From: a virus
Lineage: Duplodnaviria; Caudoviricetes
Strand: one strand, 5' to 3'
IMG/VR virus record: IMGVR_UViG_3300037761_000327
Coordinates: 9,660-73,659 of that record
DNA length: 64,000 nt
Below the pieces are notes generated by a model that saw only the letters and a list, made by a program, of their open reading frames with translations, had not been told where the DNA came from and ran no database searches. Made by a program: the position numbers and the translations under genes. Of this stretch, positions 10,479-20,458 are shown piece by piece; within the stretch, counting starts at the first letter, position 1, and each line of letters starts with the position of its first letter.

Positions 10479-11192
10479 ATGAAATACAGAATTTGCAAAG
10501 GGTGTAAAGAGGATAAAAGTATAGAAAACTATTACAAGTCGGCTTCAAATGTTTGCGGATATAATTATAAATGTAAGAAGTGTCATAACGAAGACACTAA
10601 ACAAAGGCATAAAAATAATAAAAGTGAGTACGAAGCTAAGCAGCGCATATACTACGAAAAAAATAAAAATAAAATAAAAGAAAGGGCAAGAGAATACGCC
10701 ACAGAGAATAGAGAAAAAGTTTCCAAATACCAAAAAAAATATTCTGAAAGGAATAAAGAAAAATTATCAAAATATTTAAAAAAATACAACGCTAATAACC
10801 GAGAAAAGATAAATAAGCAAAAACTGGACCGTCGAAACTCCGACCCAATACTAAAACTCCAAAAAACAGTAAGTAGCCTAATATACGCATGCCTTAAAAG
10901 GAAGGGATACACTAAACGCTCTAAGAGTACGGAGATACTTGGTATAGGCTATTCAGGTCTAATCGAGCACTTGGACAGTAACCCTTACGGATTTAAATAC
11001 GAAGACGGTAATTATGACATTGACCATATTATACCAGTTAGGAGTGCCGTTACAGAAGAGGACGTATATGCACTAAACAAGTACAACAATCTCCAACTTT
11101 TGCCTAAAGAGTACAACCAAGGAGTGAAGAAAGACGGAACATGGGACATAGTCCATTTTGAAAACTGGCTCAAAAATAACGCATTAAAATAA
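10479..11192 (+). CDS. HNH homing endonuclease
   Basis: N-terminal CxxC...CxxC, K/E-rich helix, DIDHIIP...YNNLQLL...N; AT-rich insert in the structural module. Confidence 0.85.
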   Translation: MKYRICKGCKEDKSIENYYKSASNVCGYNYKCKKCHNEDTKQRHKNNKSEYEAKQRIYYEKNKNKIKERAREYATENREKVSKYQKKYSERNKEKLSKYLKKYNANNREKINKQKLDRRNSDPILKLQKTVSSLIYACLKRKGYTKRSKSTEILGIGYSGLIEHLDSNPYGFKYEDGNYDIDHIIPVRSAVTEEDVYALNKYNNLQLLPKEYNQGVKKDGTWDIVHFENWLKNNALK

Positions 11193-11241
11193 GCCTTATA
11201 TTTGTTTAAATAATATTAATCTAATTCTAATTTAAACAAAA

Positions 11242-12030
11242 ATGGCAGTAAAAAAAGCAGCGCCAAAGACCGGCGCACCAAAGCTAACGGCTAAGAACTA
11301 TAGGCTGTTAAGGTACCAACCACTTACTTTTACATTAAAGGTAGGAAGGAACAACTCTCTTTTAGTATTTGATGAATCCACTGGAATGAACAGGGCCATA
11401 AGGCACTGTCCCGGCGAAAGGTCCATCTTTGTAGACGAACAGTCTGAAAATGCAGTAGTTGTCCCAATCATCTTCTTGAAAGGTCTCTTAGAAACAAAAG
11501 AAACGGAAGTACTTACCCAAATGTTCTTGGACGCACATCCAAAGAACGGAGGAGTTTTCGAACTTATAGACACAGCTTCCGATGCTACCGATATAGCGGA
11601 TATGGAAGAATTGAAACTTGACGTTAAGCAGGCCATTCGGGACAAGGCGAAAGAGGACGCTGGAATGGAGGAACTGAGGCTTATCACATCAGTACTTATC
11701 AGCAACGCTGCGGAGGCGGCCAAAATGGAGCCGTCCCAAATCAAGAATGCCCTGTACGACCTTGTTGACCAGAACGTCAAACGTTTCGTTAACGATAATG
11801 GAGAGGTGAGCATCTTCGACGACGTAAAAATCAAGAGGGCTGCCATTACCCAACACGCATTCAACTCAGGAGTAATCCAAGTGAGTGCCGACGGAAGTAA
11901 GGTAATGTGGTCGGACAACAAAGCCACAATTTGCATGATTCCGGTAGGACAGAGCCACGTAGACTTCTTCTCCAAGTACTTAGGTACAGAGGAAGGGCTA
12001 CAGGTTGCGGTAGAGATATCCAGACGATAA
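11242..12030 (+). CDS. Hypothetical protein of the head module
   Basis: 262-aa ORF with strong A-rich start and downstream terminator. Confidence 0.7.
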   Translation: MAVKKAAPKTGAPKLTAKNYRLLRYQPLTFTLKVGRNNSLLVFDESTGMNRAIRHCPGERSIFVDEQSENAVVVPIIFLKGLLETKETEVLTQMFLDAHPKNGGVFELIDTASDATDIADMEELKLDVKQAIRDKAKEDAGMEELRLITSVLISNAAEAAKMEPSQIKNALYDLVDQNVKRFVNDNGEVSIFDDVKIKRAAITQHAFNSGVIQVSADGSKVMWSDNKATICMIPVGQSHVDFFSKYLGTEEGLQVAVEISRR

Positions 12031-12049
12031 TTTTATAAACATTAATAGA

Positions 12050-12080
12050 GAAGCCTCCTTGTCGGGGGCTTTTTCTGTTT
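12050..12080 (+). terminator. Intrinsic terminator
   Basis: GAAGCCTCC-ttgtc-GGGGGCTTT hairpin followed by T-rich run. Confidence 0.75.
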
Positions 12081-12123
12081 ATTAATATTTCGTATCTTTA
12101 GTGCACTTATAAAGAGATAAAAG

Positions 12124-12816
12124 ATGATAAACTCCGTTTACGAACTACTAAAGACAATACTCAATAAAGAGCTCAGGGGAAACGTTACCCCCATAGAGTT
12201 CAACCTTATAGCCAAACAGGCCCAAGAGGAAATATTCCGGGGATACTTTGAGGACGAGGCAAGGGATAAGTATAAGGAAAAAAGAGGCCTTTCCAGCAAG
12301 GGGTACGCAAATCTGGCCCTCATACAAAGACAGAGGATAGACCAATTTTCAAAAAAGGCAACACTTACATACAGCGACCCTAATTTTATACTGCCAGAGG
12401 ATTTGTATTTCATAAAAGATTTTGGAGTAGACTATAACGGTACCGTGGTAGAGGAGATGGAAGGACAGTATGTATCTTTCTTGGGCAAGTCGCTGGCTGC
12501 CCCATCCACGGTATTCCCCACTTACGAGCAAGAGGGCGGCCTTATAACCATAACACCGGATACAATAGTTTCAGGAGTGACCTGTAGGTACGTAAAAAGT
12601 CCTGAGGACCCTAAGTGGACGTATACTATCGTATCCGGCACCGAGATGTACAACCCCGATGCCGACGACTTTCAGGATTTTGAGCTGCACATTTCTGAGT
12701 TTACCAATCTTGTAATAAGGATGTTGTCGTACTTTGGTGTCAATATTAGGGAGCCGGAAGTTTCTCAATATGCGGAAGCTTTGAAAAAAGAAAAAGAAAC
12801 AAGGGAAGAATCCTAA
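12124..12816 (+). CDS. Putative head-tail adaptor / tail ring protein
   Basis: Position; TPIEFN..AKQAQ, LPEDLY and Y.K.P.DPKW.Y motifs typical of this virion protein class. Confidence 0.6.
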   Translation: MINSVYELLKTILNKELRGNVTPIEFNLIAKQAQEEIFRGYFEDEARDKYKEKRGLSSKGYANLALIQRQRIDQFSKKATLTYSDPNFILPEDLYFIKDFGVDYNGTVVEEMEGQYVSFLGKSLAAPSTVFPTYEQEGGLITITPDTIVSGVTCRYVKSPEDPKWTYTIVSGTEMYNPDADDFQDFELHISEFTNLVIRMLSYFGVNIREPEVSQYAEALKKEKETREES

Positions 12817-12826
12817 AAAATAAACA

Positions 12827-13690
12827 ATGGGCCTACCAAATTTTACAAATTTAGATAACTACTATGACGACGTTTCCCAGTTCGGAGACTATCAATATAG
12901 CACCCTCGAAGAAGTAGTAAACAACTTTATGTTCGAGCAGGACGACGATTCTTACGTGGCGCATTCTGACAGGGCTAGGGTGGCCATATTCGGAAAGAAG
13001 GGAGTGAGGGAACTCTACTACGACGTGGTAAATGAGATTATTTCCATAGAGCTGGATTTAGACCCCTCTCTAATTATACCCTTACCCCACGACTATATAC
13101 AGTATGTAAGGATTTCTTGGGTGGACCAAAGGGGGAAGAAACACCCCTTGGCATATGACAGAAGCTTTAACTTGGCCCAAGCCTACTTACAGGACGATGA
13201 CTATCAGTTTTTGTATGACATGAATGGAGATATCCTTAAGGGAAGCCACATCCAGAATACAGTGGAGAGTAACCCTATTATAGCCAACGAGGATGCCGAC
13301 CTAATTGCCAACTTTACGGAGAGGGGGTTCAATGTAGATAGGTCCAAAATATTTAAGAACGGAAGTTTTATTATAGACAAGACCCAAGGGGTCATACAAT
13401 TTTCTTCCATCGTCACCGGAAAGACTATTGTTCTGGATTACCTCAGCGACGGCCTGTTCCAGAGGACGGATGACCAGATAAAGATACACAAGTTTGCGGA
13501 AGAGGCCTTATATGCTTATATTTATTTCAACCTCATCAAAAGAAAAAGGTCGGTACCGGAGAGGGAAAAGATGAGGGCCGAAGCGGAATGGTTCAACCAA
13601 AGAAGGGTGGCCAAGAAGAGGATTTCCCCGATAACTTACGATAACGTTAGACAGATTTTAAATGGGTCTAGCAAATGGATAAAGAATTAA
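12827..13690 (+). CDS. Putative tail tubular/ring protein
   Basis: LPHDYIQYVRIS and LDYLSDG...IHKFAEEALYAYI; between adaptor and nozzle. Confidence 0.6.
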   Translation: MGLPNFTNLDNYYDDVSQFGDYQYSTLEEVVNNFMFEQDDDSYVAHSDRARVAIFGKKGVRELYYDVVNEIISIELDLDPSLIIPLPHDYIQYVRISWVDQRGKKHPLAYDRSFNLAQAYLQDDDYQFLYDMNGDILKGSHIQNTVESNPIIANEDADLIANFTERGFNVDRSKIFKNGSFIIDKTQGVIQFSSIVTGKTIVLDYLSDGLFQRTDDQIKIHKFAEEALYAYIYFNLIKRKRSVPEREKMRAEAEWFNQRRVAKKRISPITYDNVRQILNGSSKWIKN

Positions 13691-13693
13691 TAG

Positions 13694-16600
13694 ATGAACG
13701 AATTTAAAAATGTATTCCTTGCTGGTAGGATAAACAAGGACATTGATAGTAGGCTTATGCCGGAAGGCGAATACAGGGACGCTGTCAATATCAAACTTGG
13801 AAACTCTTCCGGCTCGGACGTGGGGGCGCTGGAGAACGTATTGTCCAATGAGCAGATGACATCTCTATCCCTCGGGACCACTGTAAGCACTGTCGGAGCA
13901 TTCTTCGACAGCAGCGCAGCTATGGTCTACTGGTTCACGACTTCTGAGCAGGGAGATTATGTGCTTGAATACGACACTGTCCTAGAAACAGCGGAGATAG
14001 TCCTTGCCGATACAAGCGCCGGAGTCCTTAATTTTAGTACCGATTACCTTATCACGGGAGTCGGCGTAATTGTTGATAGTGATAACAATAAAAGAATCCT
14101 TGTCTGGACAGATGCCCTTAACCATATTAGGTCCATAAACATAGAAACTGCGAAGACATACGCTACCAACGGATTTACTAACGAGCAGATAAACCTGTAC
14201 AAAAGGCCGCCACTCTATCCTCCTACCCTTGTCATGGCAACGACACCGACCGAGGATGAAAACAACTTGGCCGAACGCTTTTTGAGATTTTCTCATAGAT
14301 ACAGGTACGCGGACGGAGAGGTAAGTGCATTATCGCCTTTTACAGAGACTGCATTCCTTCCCAAAAACTTCAGCTACGATTACGCCATATCTTCCAACGA
14401 GTCTATGGTAAACCAGTATAACCAAGCTACTATAGGATTCAATACGGGAGTTGCCGAGGTCGTTGCTATAGACATACTTATGAAGGAGTCCAACAGCGAA
14501 ACTGTATACCTTATAGAGTCATTCGATAAAGAGGAAGAGTCTTGGGCCGACAGCTCCGACCAATCCTTTGAATTCACGAACAATAAAATATACACCGCCC
14601 TTGCAGCCGACCAGTTGAAAAGGTTGTACGATGCAGTGCCCCTTAGTGCCAAAGCCTTGGCCTTAATAGGGAACAGGGTAATGTTGGGAAATTTCACGGA
14701 AGGGTATAATATAGAGGATGCCGGAGGCAATAAGATAAAAATAGACTTCTCCCTCGAGGTATTGTCGGAGGCAGTGTCCTCTGGGACTCCCAGCAGGACC
14801 TTAAAGAGTAATAGGGACTACGAGATAGGCATAGTATACTTGGATTCAGATGGCCGCATGACAACCGTCCTGACCAGTCCGACCAATACTACATACATTA
14901 AAAACGGAGACTGCGACAAGTCAAACAAGATACAGGTAACTATTGTAAACGAGCCCCCTCACTGGGCCACTAAATACAGATTCTTCCTAAAACAGACCCG
15001 AGTGGATTACGAGACCATAGTCCCTTCTGTCTTTTATCAAGATGGCGTGTACGTGTGGGTAAAGGTAGAGGCAGACGAGAGGGATAAGTTTAAGGTGGGG
15101 GATTTTTTATACGTTAAATCGGACAGTTCCCAGATACTGTCAACAGCCGTACAGACCCGGGTTCTGGACATAGCGGAACAACCAATAAATTTTTTGAATC
15201 CGGAAGAAGAGACCGATATGGAGTCTCCCGGGTGGTATTTTAAAATAAAGCCCACGGGATTCAGGCTTAACGAGTCTGACTTTCAGACATATAATTATAC
15301 GGGAAAGGCGTTCAGGAGCAGGGCTTCCGACAAGAATTTTGATATAGCATCGGGGGCCTCGGGTACATATTACGAATTACCAATCTATTACGGAAGTGTG
15401 GGGATTGACGATATCACTGTTACCGGAACATACTCAGGAACGACCGATATACGTTATATAGTGGACATAAATGCTGTAGGTCTGCCAGACTCTTTTAGGT
15501 GGAGCAATGACGACGGGGCCACTTATAGCGCAGATACCCCTATAACAGGTGCGTCTCAGGCGTTGGAAAACGGTCTAAGCGTAACCTTTGGCAATACTAC
15601 CGGTCACGACCTTGGAGATAACTGGATAATCTCTGCCAAGGCTGTCGAGGTAACCAATGAGTGGAATAAGGACGGTAATGATGACGGGGCCCCGGGCAGC
15701 CTAAAAAGACGTGCAATTGTGGCCTACGCAGGTAAACCTTTGCCGGATGAGAGTATTAAAGCAGGAGCATCTATTACTATAAGCTACGACGATACTGTTT
15801 CGGACAGCGGGGCAAATGACAAGATAAGCTTTGTGCAATCTTTTAACTCAACATCCGACTACGCCAACATAGAAGAATGGTTTTATGGAGATAATATTTT
15901 AAACACTATTACATACCCCGTTACTGCGGATAGGGTAGTTTTTAGAAGAGGCACCCAGTTTGATAATGACCCCCCTTTAAGAGTGAGTATAGATGGTAGG
16001 TATACCTCTGGCGTACCGGACAACGGAATGATTATGTGCTTTTCTTCTAGCGCTAACTATAACGGAAGGCCTACCCTAAGGGCCAACACTTTTATGACCA
16101 TACTTGAACTGAACAACAACATCATATTCGAGACCATTCCTTTAAATTTTGACGAAAGTTTTTTCTACGAAATAGGGCGGACCTATGATATAGTAGGAGG
16201 TTACCACCAAGGGTATGACGAAAATGACCAAGACCAGACAGTAAGTCAGGATGCAATATTAATACTTTCGACCTTCAACGCATTCTCGTGGGGAAATGGG
16301 TTTGAGAGCTATAAAATAAAAGACAGGTTCAACGAAAAAGTCATGTTGACGGACACAAGGCCGTCATTGGATGTAGAGAATTATAGGCAGAATAAAAGAA
16401 TAGCGGACCTTACATACAGCAAGTCTTTTGAGCAGTCCACAAATTTTAACGGTATAAACGAGTTCAACGTGTCTACAGCTAATTTCCTACCAATGGATGA
16501 TAGGTACGGGTCTATACAGAAACTCTTTTCTGCCGATACCAACTTAGAAGTCTACCAAGAGGATAAGGTACACACGGTATTGTACGAAAAAGACATCCTG

Positions 16601-17647
16601 TTCGATGCGGACGGAAATGGTACAATAAGGGAGTCGGACAATGTTTTAGGGAAATCCCCTATCCATTGGGCCGGGGAGTACGGTATTTCCACTCACCCGG
16701 AGAGTTTTGCTTTTTACGGGAATATGAGATACTGGTGTGATGTAAGGAGGGGAACCCTGCTAAGACGTTCACAGGACGGCATAACAGAGATAAACAAAGG
16801 ACTTATTGACTTCCTTAGGGACTCTTTTAGGGATAATCCCTCCACTAGAAAATTTGGGGCCTACGACCTGCACGACAAGGAGTACGTCTTTCACGACGAA
16901 TCCCAGTATACGGTAGGGTATGACGAAAACGTAAAAGGGTTTCCCTCTTTCTACTCGTTCCAGCCACAATGGATGGGGTCGTTGAACAATAAGTTTTATA
17001 GTTTCAGCAATGGACAGCTATACAGGCACTACGACGAGAGCAGCTCTGTAAGGAATAATTTTTACGGAGTGGACTACGATTCTACCGTCAAGTTGATACT
17101 TAATTTCGGACCATCAGAAATAAAAGTCCTTAAAAACTTTATCCTAGAGGGAAACAAAGCTTGGGGAACAACGGTCAAGTCGTATTTAAACGACGAGACG
17201 GCGTCCATTACCCAAAGTACTATTCTTGACACGGAGTATGTCCGGAAGGAGGGCAAATTGTACGGGTACGTAAGACGTAACGAATTGAGCGGGGACCTGA
17301 CTGCAAAGAACGCTTTCGGTCTAGGGGAAATAGAATCTATAGACTCTTTGGTACTGACTATGAAGAGTCCTATACATACGTCCCTGTCCATAGGTGACGG
17401 GGTATATAACTCTTCTGCCGTACTTGTAGGGACAGTTACGGCTGTGAGCAGGGCCGCCAAGACCATAGCCCTATCTTCTGTGGGTTCGTTGGTAGCGGAT
17501 AATTTTATACTGGCCCAGAAAAACGGACGGGTAGAGGGTAGTGAAATTAGGGGGTATAATTTTGAGGTTGATTTGGTAGATGGTTCCAATACTAGGACTG
17601 AACTGTACGCACTAGGAAGTAATATGTTCAAAAGCTACCCGTCTTAA
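13694..17647 (+). CDS. Tail nozzle/stabilization protein (P22 gp10 / crAss muzzle-like)
   Basis: N-terminal GRINKDIDSRLMPEGEYRDAVNI; C-terminal propeller-like EYGISTHPESFA, RYWCD and FPSFYSF; 1317 aa. Confidence 0.75.
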   Translation: MNEFKNVFLAGRINKDIDSRLMPEGEYRDAVNIKLGNSSGSDVGALENVLSNEQMTSLSLGTTVSTVGAFFDSSAAMVYWFTTSEQGDYVLEYDTVLETAEIVLADTSAGVLNFSTDYLITGVGVIVDSDNNKRILVWTDALNHIRSINIETAKTYATNGFTNEQINLYKRPPLYPPTLVMATTPTEDENNLAERFLRFSHRYRYADGEVSALSPFTETAFLPKNFSYDYAISSNESMVNQYNQATIGFNTGVAEVVAIDILMKESNSETVYLIESFDKEEESWADSSDQSFEFTNNKIYTALAADQLKRLYDAVPLSAKALALIGNRVMLGNFTEGYNIEDAGGNKIKIDFSLEVLSEAVSSGTPSRTLKSNRDYEIGIVYLDSDGRMTTVLTSPTNTTYIKNGDCDKSNKIQVTIVNEPPHWATKYRFFLKQTRVDYETIVPSVFYQDGVYVWVKVEADERDKFKVGDFLYVKSDSSQILSTAVQTRVLDIAEQPINFLNPEEETDMESPGWYFKIKPTGFRLNESDFQTYNYTGKAFRSRASDKNFDIASGASGTYYELPIYYGSVGIDDITVTGTYSGTTDIRYIVDINAVGLPDSFRWSNDDGATYSADTPITGASQALENGLSVTFGNTTGHDLGDNWIISAKAVEVTNEWNKDGNDDGAPGSLKRRAIVAYAGKPLPDESIKAGASITISYDDTVSDSGANDKISFVQSFNSTSDYANIEEWFYGDNILNTITYPVTADRVVFRRGTQFDNDPPLRVSIDGRYTSGVPDNGMIMCFSSSANYNGRPTLRANTFMTILELNNNIIFETIPLNFDESFFYEIGRTYDIVGGYHQGYDENDQDQTVSQDAILILSTFNAFSWGNGFESYKIKDRFNEKVMLTDTRPSLDVENYRQNKRIADLTYSKSFEQSTNFNGINEFNVSTANFLPMDDRYGSIQKLFSADTNLEVYQEDKVHTVLYEKDILFDADGNGTIRESDNVLGKSPIHWAGEYGISTHPESFAFYGNMRYWCDVRRGTLLRRSQDGITEINKGLIDFLRDSFRDNPSTRKFGAYDLHDKEYVFHDESQYTVGYDENVKGFPSFYSFQPQWMGSLNNKFYSFSNGQLYRHYDESSSVRNNFYGVDYDSTVKLILNFGPSEIKVLKNFILEGNKAWGTTVKSYLNDETASITQSTILDTEYVRKEGKLYGYVRRNELSGDLTAKNAFGLGEIESIDSLVLTMKSPIHTSLSIGDGVYNSSAVLVGTVTAVSRAAKTIALSSVGSLVADNFILAQKNGRVEGSEIRGYNFEVDLVDGSNTRTELYALGSNMFKSYPS

Positions 17648-17679
17648 TTTGGCGGATTAATATTAAATTCGTATCTTTG
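17648..17679 (+). promoter_or_regulatory. Promoter (-33 TTTG, -7 TATCTTTG), probably giving a leaderless mRNA
   Basis: ATG at 17684 follows the -7 box after only 4 nt. Confidence 0.6.
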
Positions 17680-17683
17680 TTGC

Positions 17684-18094
17684 ATGATAAAACCTAATGA
17701 TTTTGAGGTAACTATAGAGCCTAAGGAGGATTTTTACCCTACGTACGAAAACTGGTGTGCAATGAGAGGATTCCCGTGTATACCCATAAGACAGATAGAT
17801 ACGGTCTTTGTTTGCTTCAAAGAGAGCATTGCCGTGTATAGCTGTTTCTTCTGGGGCACGAATTCCACTTTTGGGGTAATAGGGTTTCCTTTCAGCAACC
17901 CTCATGTGCCTTACGAGGAGAAGGAGGGAGGAATGAAGGCGCTGTTTGACGAGATGCTAAAGACCTGCAAGAAAGCCGGGTACGAAATAATCTGGACCAC
18001 TTCGGACACCCCTAGAGTGATAGAGAGTCTGGTAGAATCCGGCTTTAAGGTAGCTGATACCAAGGTGGACCAATACTACAACAGACTCTTTTAA
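17684..18094 (+). CDS. Putative GNAT-fold protein (position of T7 gp13-like gene)
   Basis: 136 aa between nozzle and ejection genes; CKKAGYEIIW...LVESGF pattern. Confidence 0.5.
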   Translation: MIKPNDFEVTIEPKEDFYPTYENWCAMRGFPCIPIRQIDTVFVCFKESIAVYSCFFWGTNSTFGVIGFPFSNPHVPYEEKEGGMKALFDEMLKTCKKAGYEIIWTTSDTPRVIESLVESGFKVADTKVDQYYNRLF

Positions 18095-18142
18095 CGTAAG
18101 TATTTTTTATGTATTTTTGTATAAGTAAAACAATAAACTAAT

Positions 18143-18829
18143 ATGGCAATAGCAGCAGCGGCGGTAGCGATAGTCGGGGGGGTGACCCAAGCGGTAATAG
18201 CGGCCAAGAAGGCCAAGAAGGCCAAAGACGCCATCAAAAACTATAAAAGGCAAGAGCTTACCAACGCTTACGACGATGTAAGGGTCAGCACTCTTGCGTC
18301 CGAACTACAAAGGGAAGAGTTGGCCCGGGCTACGGCAAGTGGCGTTCAGGCTTTAAGGGCAGGGGGTGCACGTACCGTAATAGGTGGCGTGGGCAACTTA
18401 CAGGCACAGAACGTGTTTGCAGCAAGGTCGATAGGTGCGGATTTGGACAGGCAACAGAAAGAAATAGATAAGTTAAGGGCTTCGGATGAAGTGCGTATCC
18501 AAGGTATGCAAGAGGACAGGGAGATTGCGGATTTGGCCGGACTTGGTAACGAATTTAACACTCAAAGGCAAAATACTACCAACGGCATAAATACGGCAGT
18601 TTCCGGAGTAGGTTCGGCTATAGAGGCTATAGGTGCGGCAAGGGAGGATAAGCCGGTAGTTTCGGGCTCTTCTACAGGGCCGGGACAATCCCTTATACCG
18701 ACCAAGTCTCAGGGGGCATACTCAGCCTCCCCTCAAGCATCGTTAATTCCCCCTTCCTACGCAATGAGCGCAGCCGGGTACGCCCCGGTAGGATACAACA
18801 GGCCAACAGCACCAATATACCCAGGATAA
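18143..18829 (+). CDS. Internal virion/ejection protein 1
   Basis: Hydrophobic Ala/Gly N-terminus then basic and coiled-coil segments; -7 box TATTTTTG at 18112. Confidence 0.6.
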   Translation: MAIAAAAVAIVGGVTQAVIAAKKAKKAKDAIKNYKRQELTNAYDDVRVSTLASELQREELARATASGVQALRAGGARTVIGGVGNLQAQNVFAARSIGADLDRQQKEIDKLRASDEVRIQGMQEDREIADLAGLGNEFNTQRQNTTNGINTAVSGVGSAIEAIGAAREDKPVVSGSSTGPGQSLIPTKSQGAYSASPQASLIPPSYAMSAAGYAPVGYNRPTAPIYPG

Positions 18830-18833
18830 TAAA

Positions 18834-20453
18834 ATGGCAATACCACAAGGAAATTACACGGCTTACCAACAGACCACTTCGGATTCGAAACTAGAGTTCG
18901 GTCAAATGGCCAAAGATGTTGCACAGTCCGAAAAGGATAGAAGGGACGAGGGGACCAAGTTGGCCAAAGAAAGGCAGGAACAGCAGCAGAAAATAGCTTT
19001 AAACTTTAATCAGGACTACAGCTCCCTTGTCGACGTTATAACCGGAACTAAGGCTATAGATGAGGCTTTCGCCCGGGGAATTAGCAAGGCTAGGGACATG
19101 ATGGGGGAGATTTACAAACAGATACAGGCCAATCCATCCCTTGCCAACGACGTCGAGATCCAAATGAGGTTGCAGAACCTTAGGAACTATGCCAAGACGT
19201 TGAAGACGTCCTCCGACAGGATTACCGACTTCAATGCCAAGCTTGCCACTGGGATGCAAGATGGCACCCTCTCTAACTGGAACCAACAACATTTGAACAT
19301 AGCCGACAGCATTTACAGAAAATCAAATCTGGAGATAAGTGTAGACTCTATGGGCAGGGCTATAGGGGCCACTGTACAAGTAGATGATGACGGGGAAGTG
19401 GTGCTCGACGAAAACGGGGTACCGGTTGTAGAGCAATTAAGTCTCCCACAAGTAATGCAGGGAGGAGGCCTTCCTACATTGATACCGGAATACAACATGG
19501 CCGCAGATGCACAAGCGATAGGGAAAGACTTAGGCAAGCGGGTCAAAGCCCTTGATTTAGGAGGTTTCGCACAAGGGGAGTACCAAACCTTTGATTTCGT
19601 GGAAAGCGACGCCAGAGAGCTTGTAAAGGGCTACATAGGTAACGCCAGCAGCCCTACCGACATGGCAAAATCCATCTGGGCAGATATTTTAGGTCACGCC
19701 CCTAAGAAACTTACAGAGTCGGACATGAAGGTCATCGAGGATGCCTATGTCAAGACTATTAAGCCATTCTACGATGAGAGCACTTCCGAGCTTACCGATT
19801 TAGGGGCTAGGAACGCAGCTTTAGAAAGACAAAGAAGAGAGAAGGAAGATGCCAAAAAGGCCCAAGAGACAAAAGCGTCATCACAGTTTACGATAATCAC
19901 CGACCAAGATGGAAGGGTAGAGGAAGAAGAGTTTGTAGGGGCCACAGGAGATATACAGGGAAAGGCCGTATCTTTCGCATTGCCGACCGACCCTAAGACC
20001 AAGGAATCCAACACTACGGTAACAGGCCCCAACGGAAACAAGATGACTGTTACGGAGGTCCACTTACTTGATTCCGGGGAGCTTGCCTATTCAGGATTCG
20101 AACTAAGGGGCAAAGTTACGGGACAACCATTGGACCCTAACAGCTCTAGCATACGTAATAGGGACACAGGTAAATTGTCTAGCGACGTTGTAAGAAAGAA
20201 AGTTGGAGGTGGGATGGATAAGGACGATAAGGTCCTTACTTCCGTTGCCAAAGCCTACGGACTGGATAATGAGGCACAACTTAAGCAAATGTTATCCCAA
20301 AAGAAACAGGCCTATACGGCCCCTACAGCGGAGAAGCCGGCCAAAAAACAGATAAGTTCCTCACAAGTGTCCGCAGCCGCTAAAAAGGCAGGGTACAGCG
20401 AGTCGGAATACAGGAAGCTTTTAGAGAAGAACGGAGTACAAATAACTAATTAA
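18834..20453 (+). CDS. Internal virion/ejection protein 2
   Basis: 539 aa, helical; second of three genes of increasing size. Confidence 0.55.
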   Translation: MAIPQGNYTAYQQTTSDSKLEFGQMAKDVAQSEKDRRDEGTKLAKERQEQQQKIALNFNQDYSSLVDVITGTKAIDEAFARGISKARDMMGEIYKQIQANPSLANDVEIQMRLQNLRNYAKTLKTSSDRITDFNAKLATGMQDGTLSNWNQQHLNIADSIYRKSNLEISVDSMGRAIGATVQVDDDGEVVLDENGVPVVEQLSLPQVMQGGGLPTLIPEYNMAADAQAIGKDLGKRVKALDLGGFAQGEYQTFDFVESDARELVKGYIGNASSPTDMAKSIWADILGHAPKKLTESDMKVIEDAYVKTIKPFYDESTSELTDLGARNAALERQRREKEDAKKAQETKASSQFTIITDQDGRVEEEEFVGATGDIQGKAVSFALPTDPKTKESNTTVTGPNGNKMTVTEVHLLDSGELAYSGFELRGKVTGQPLDPNSSSIRNRDTGKLSSDVVRKKVGGGMDKDDKVLTSVAKAYGLDNEAQLKQMLSQKKQAYTAPTAEKPAKKQISSSQVSAAAKKAGYSESEYRKLLEKNGVQITN

Positions 20454-20458
20454 GTGTA

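Noticed and set aside
11298-11975. 225-aa antisense ORF and similar shadows in the structural and replication arms
   Set aside because: Fully nested opposite well-supported genes, with no motifs or expression signals.
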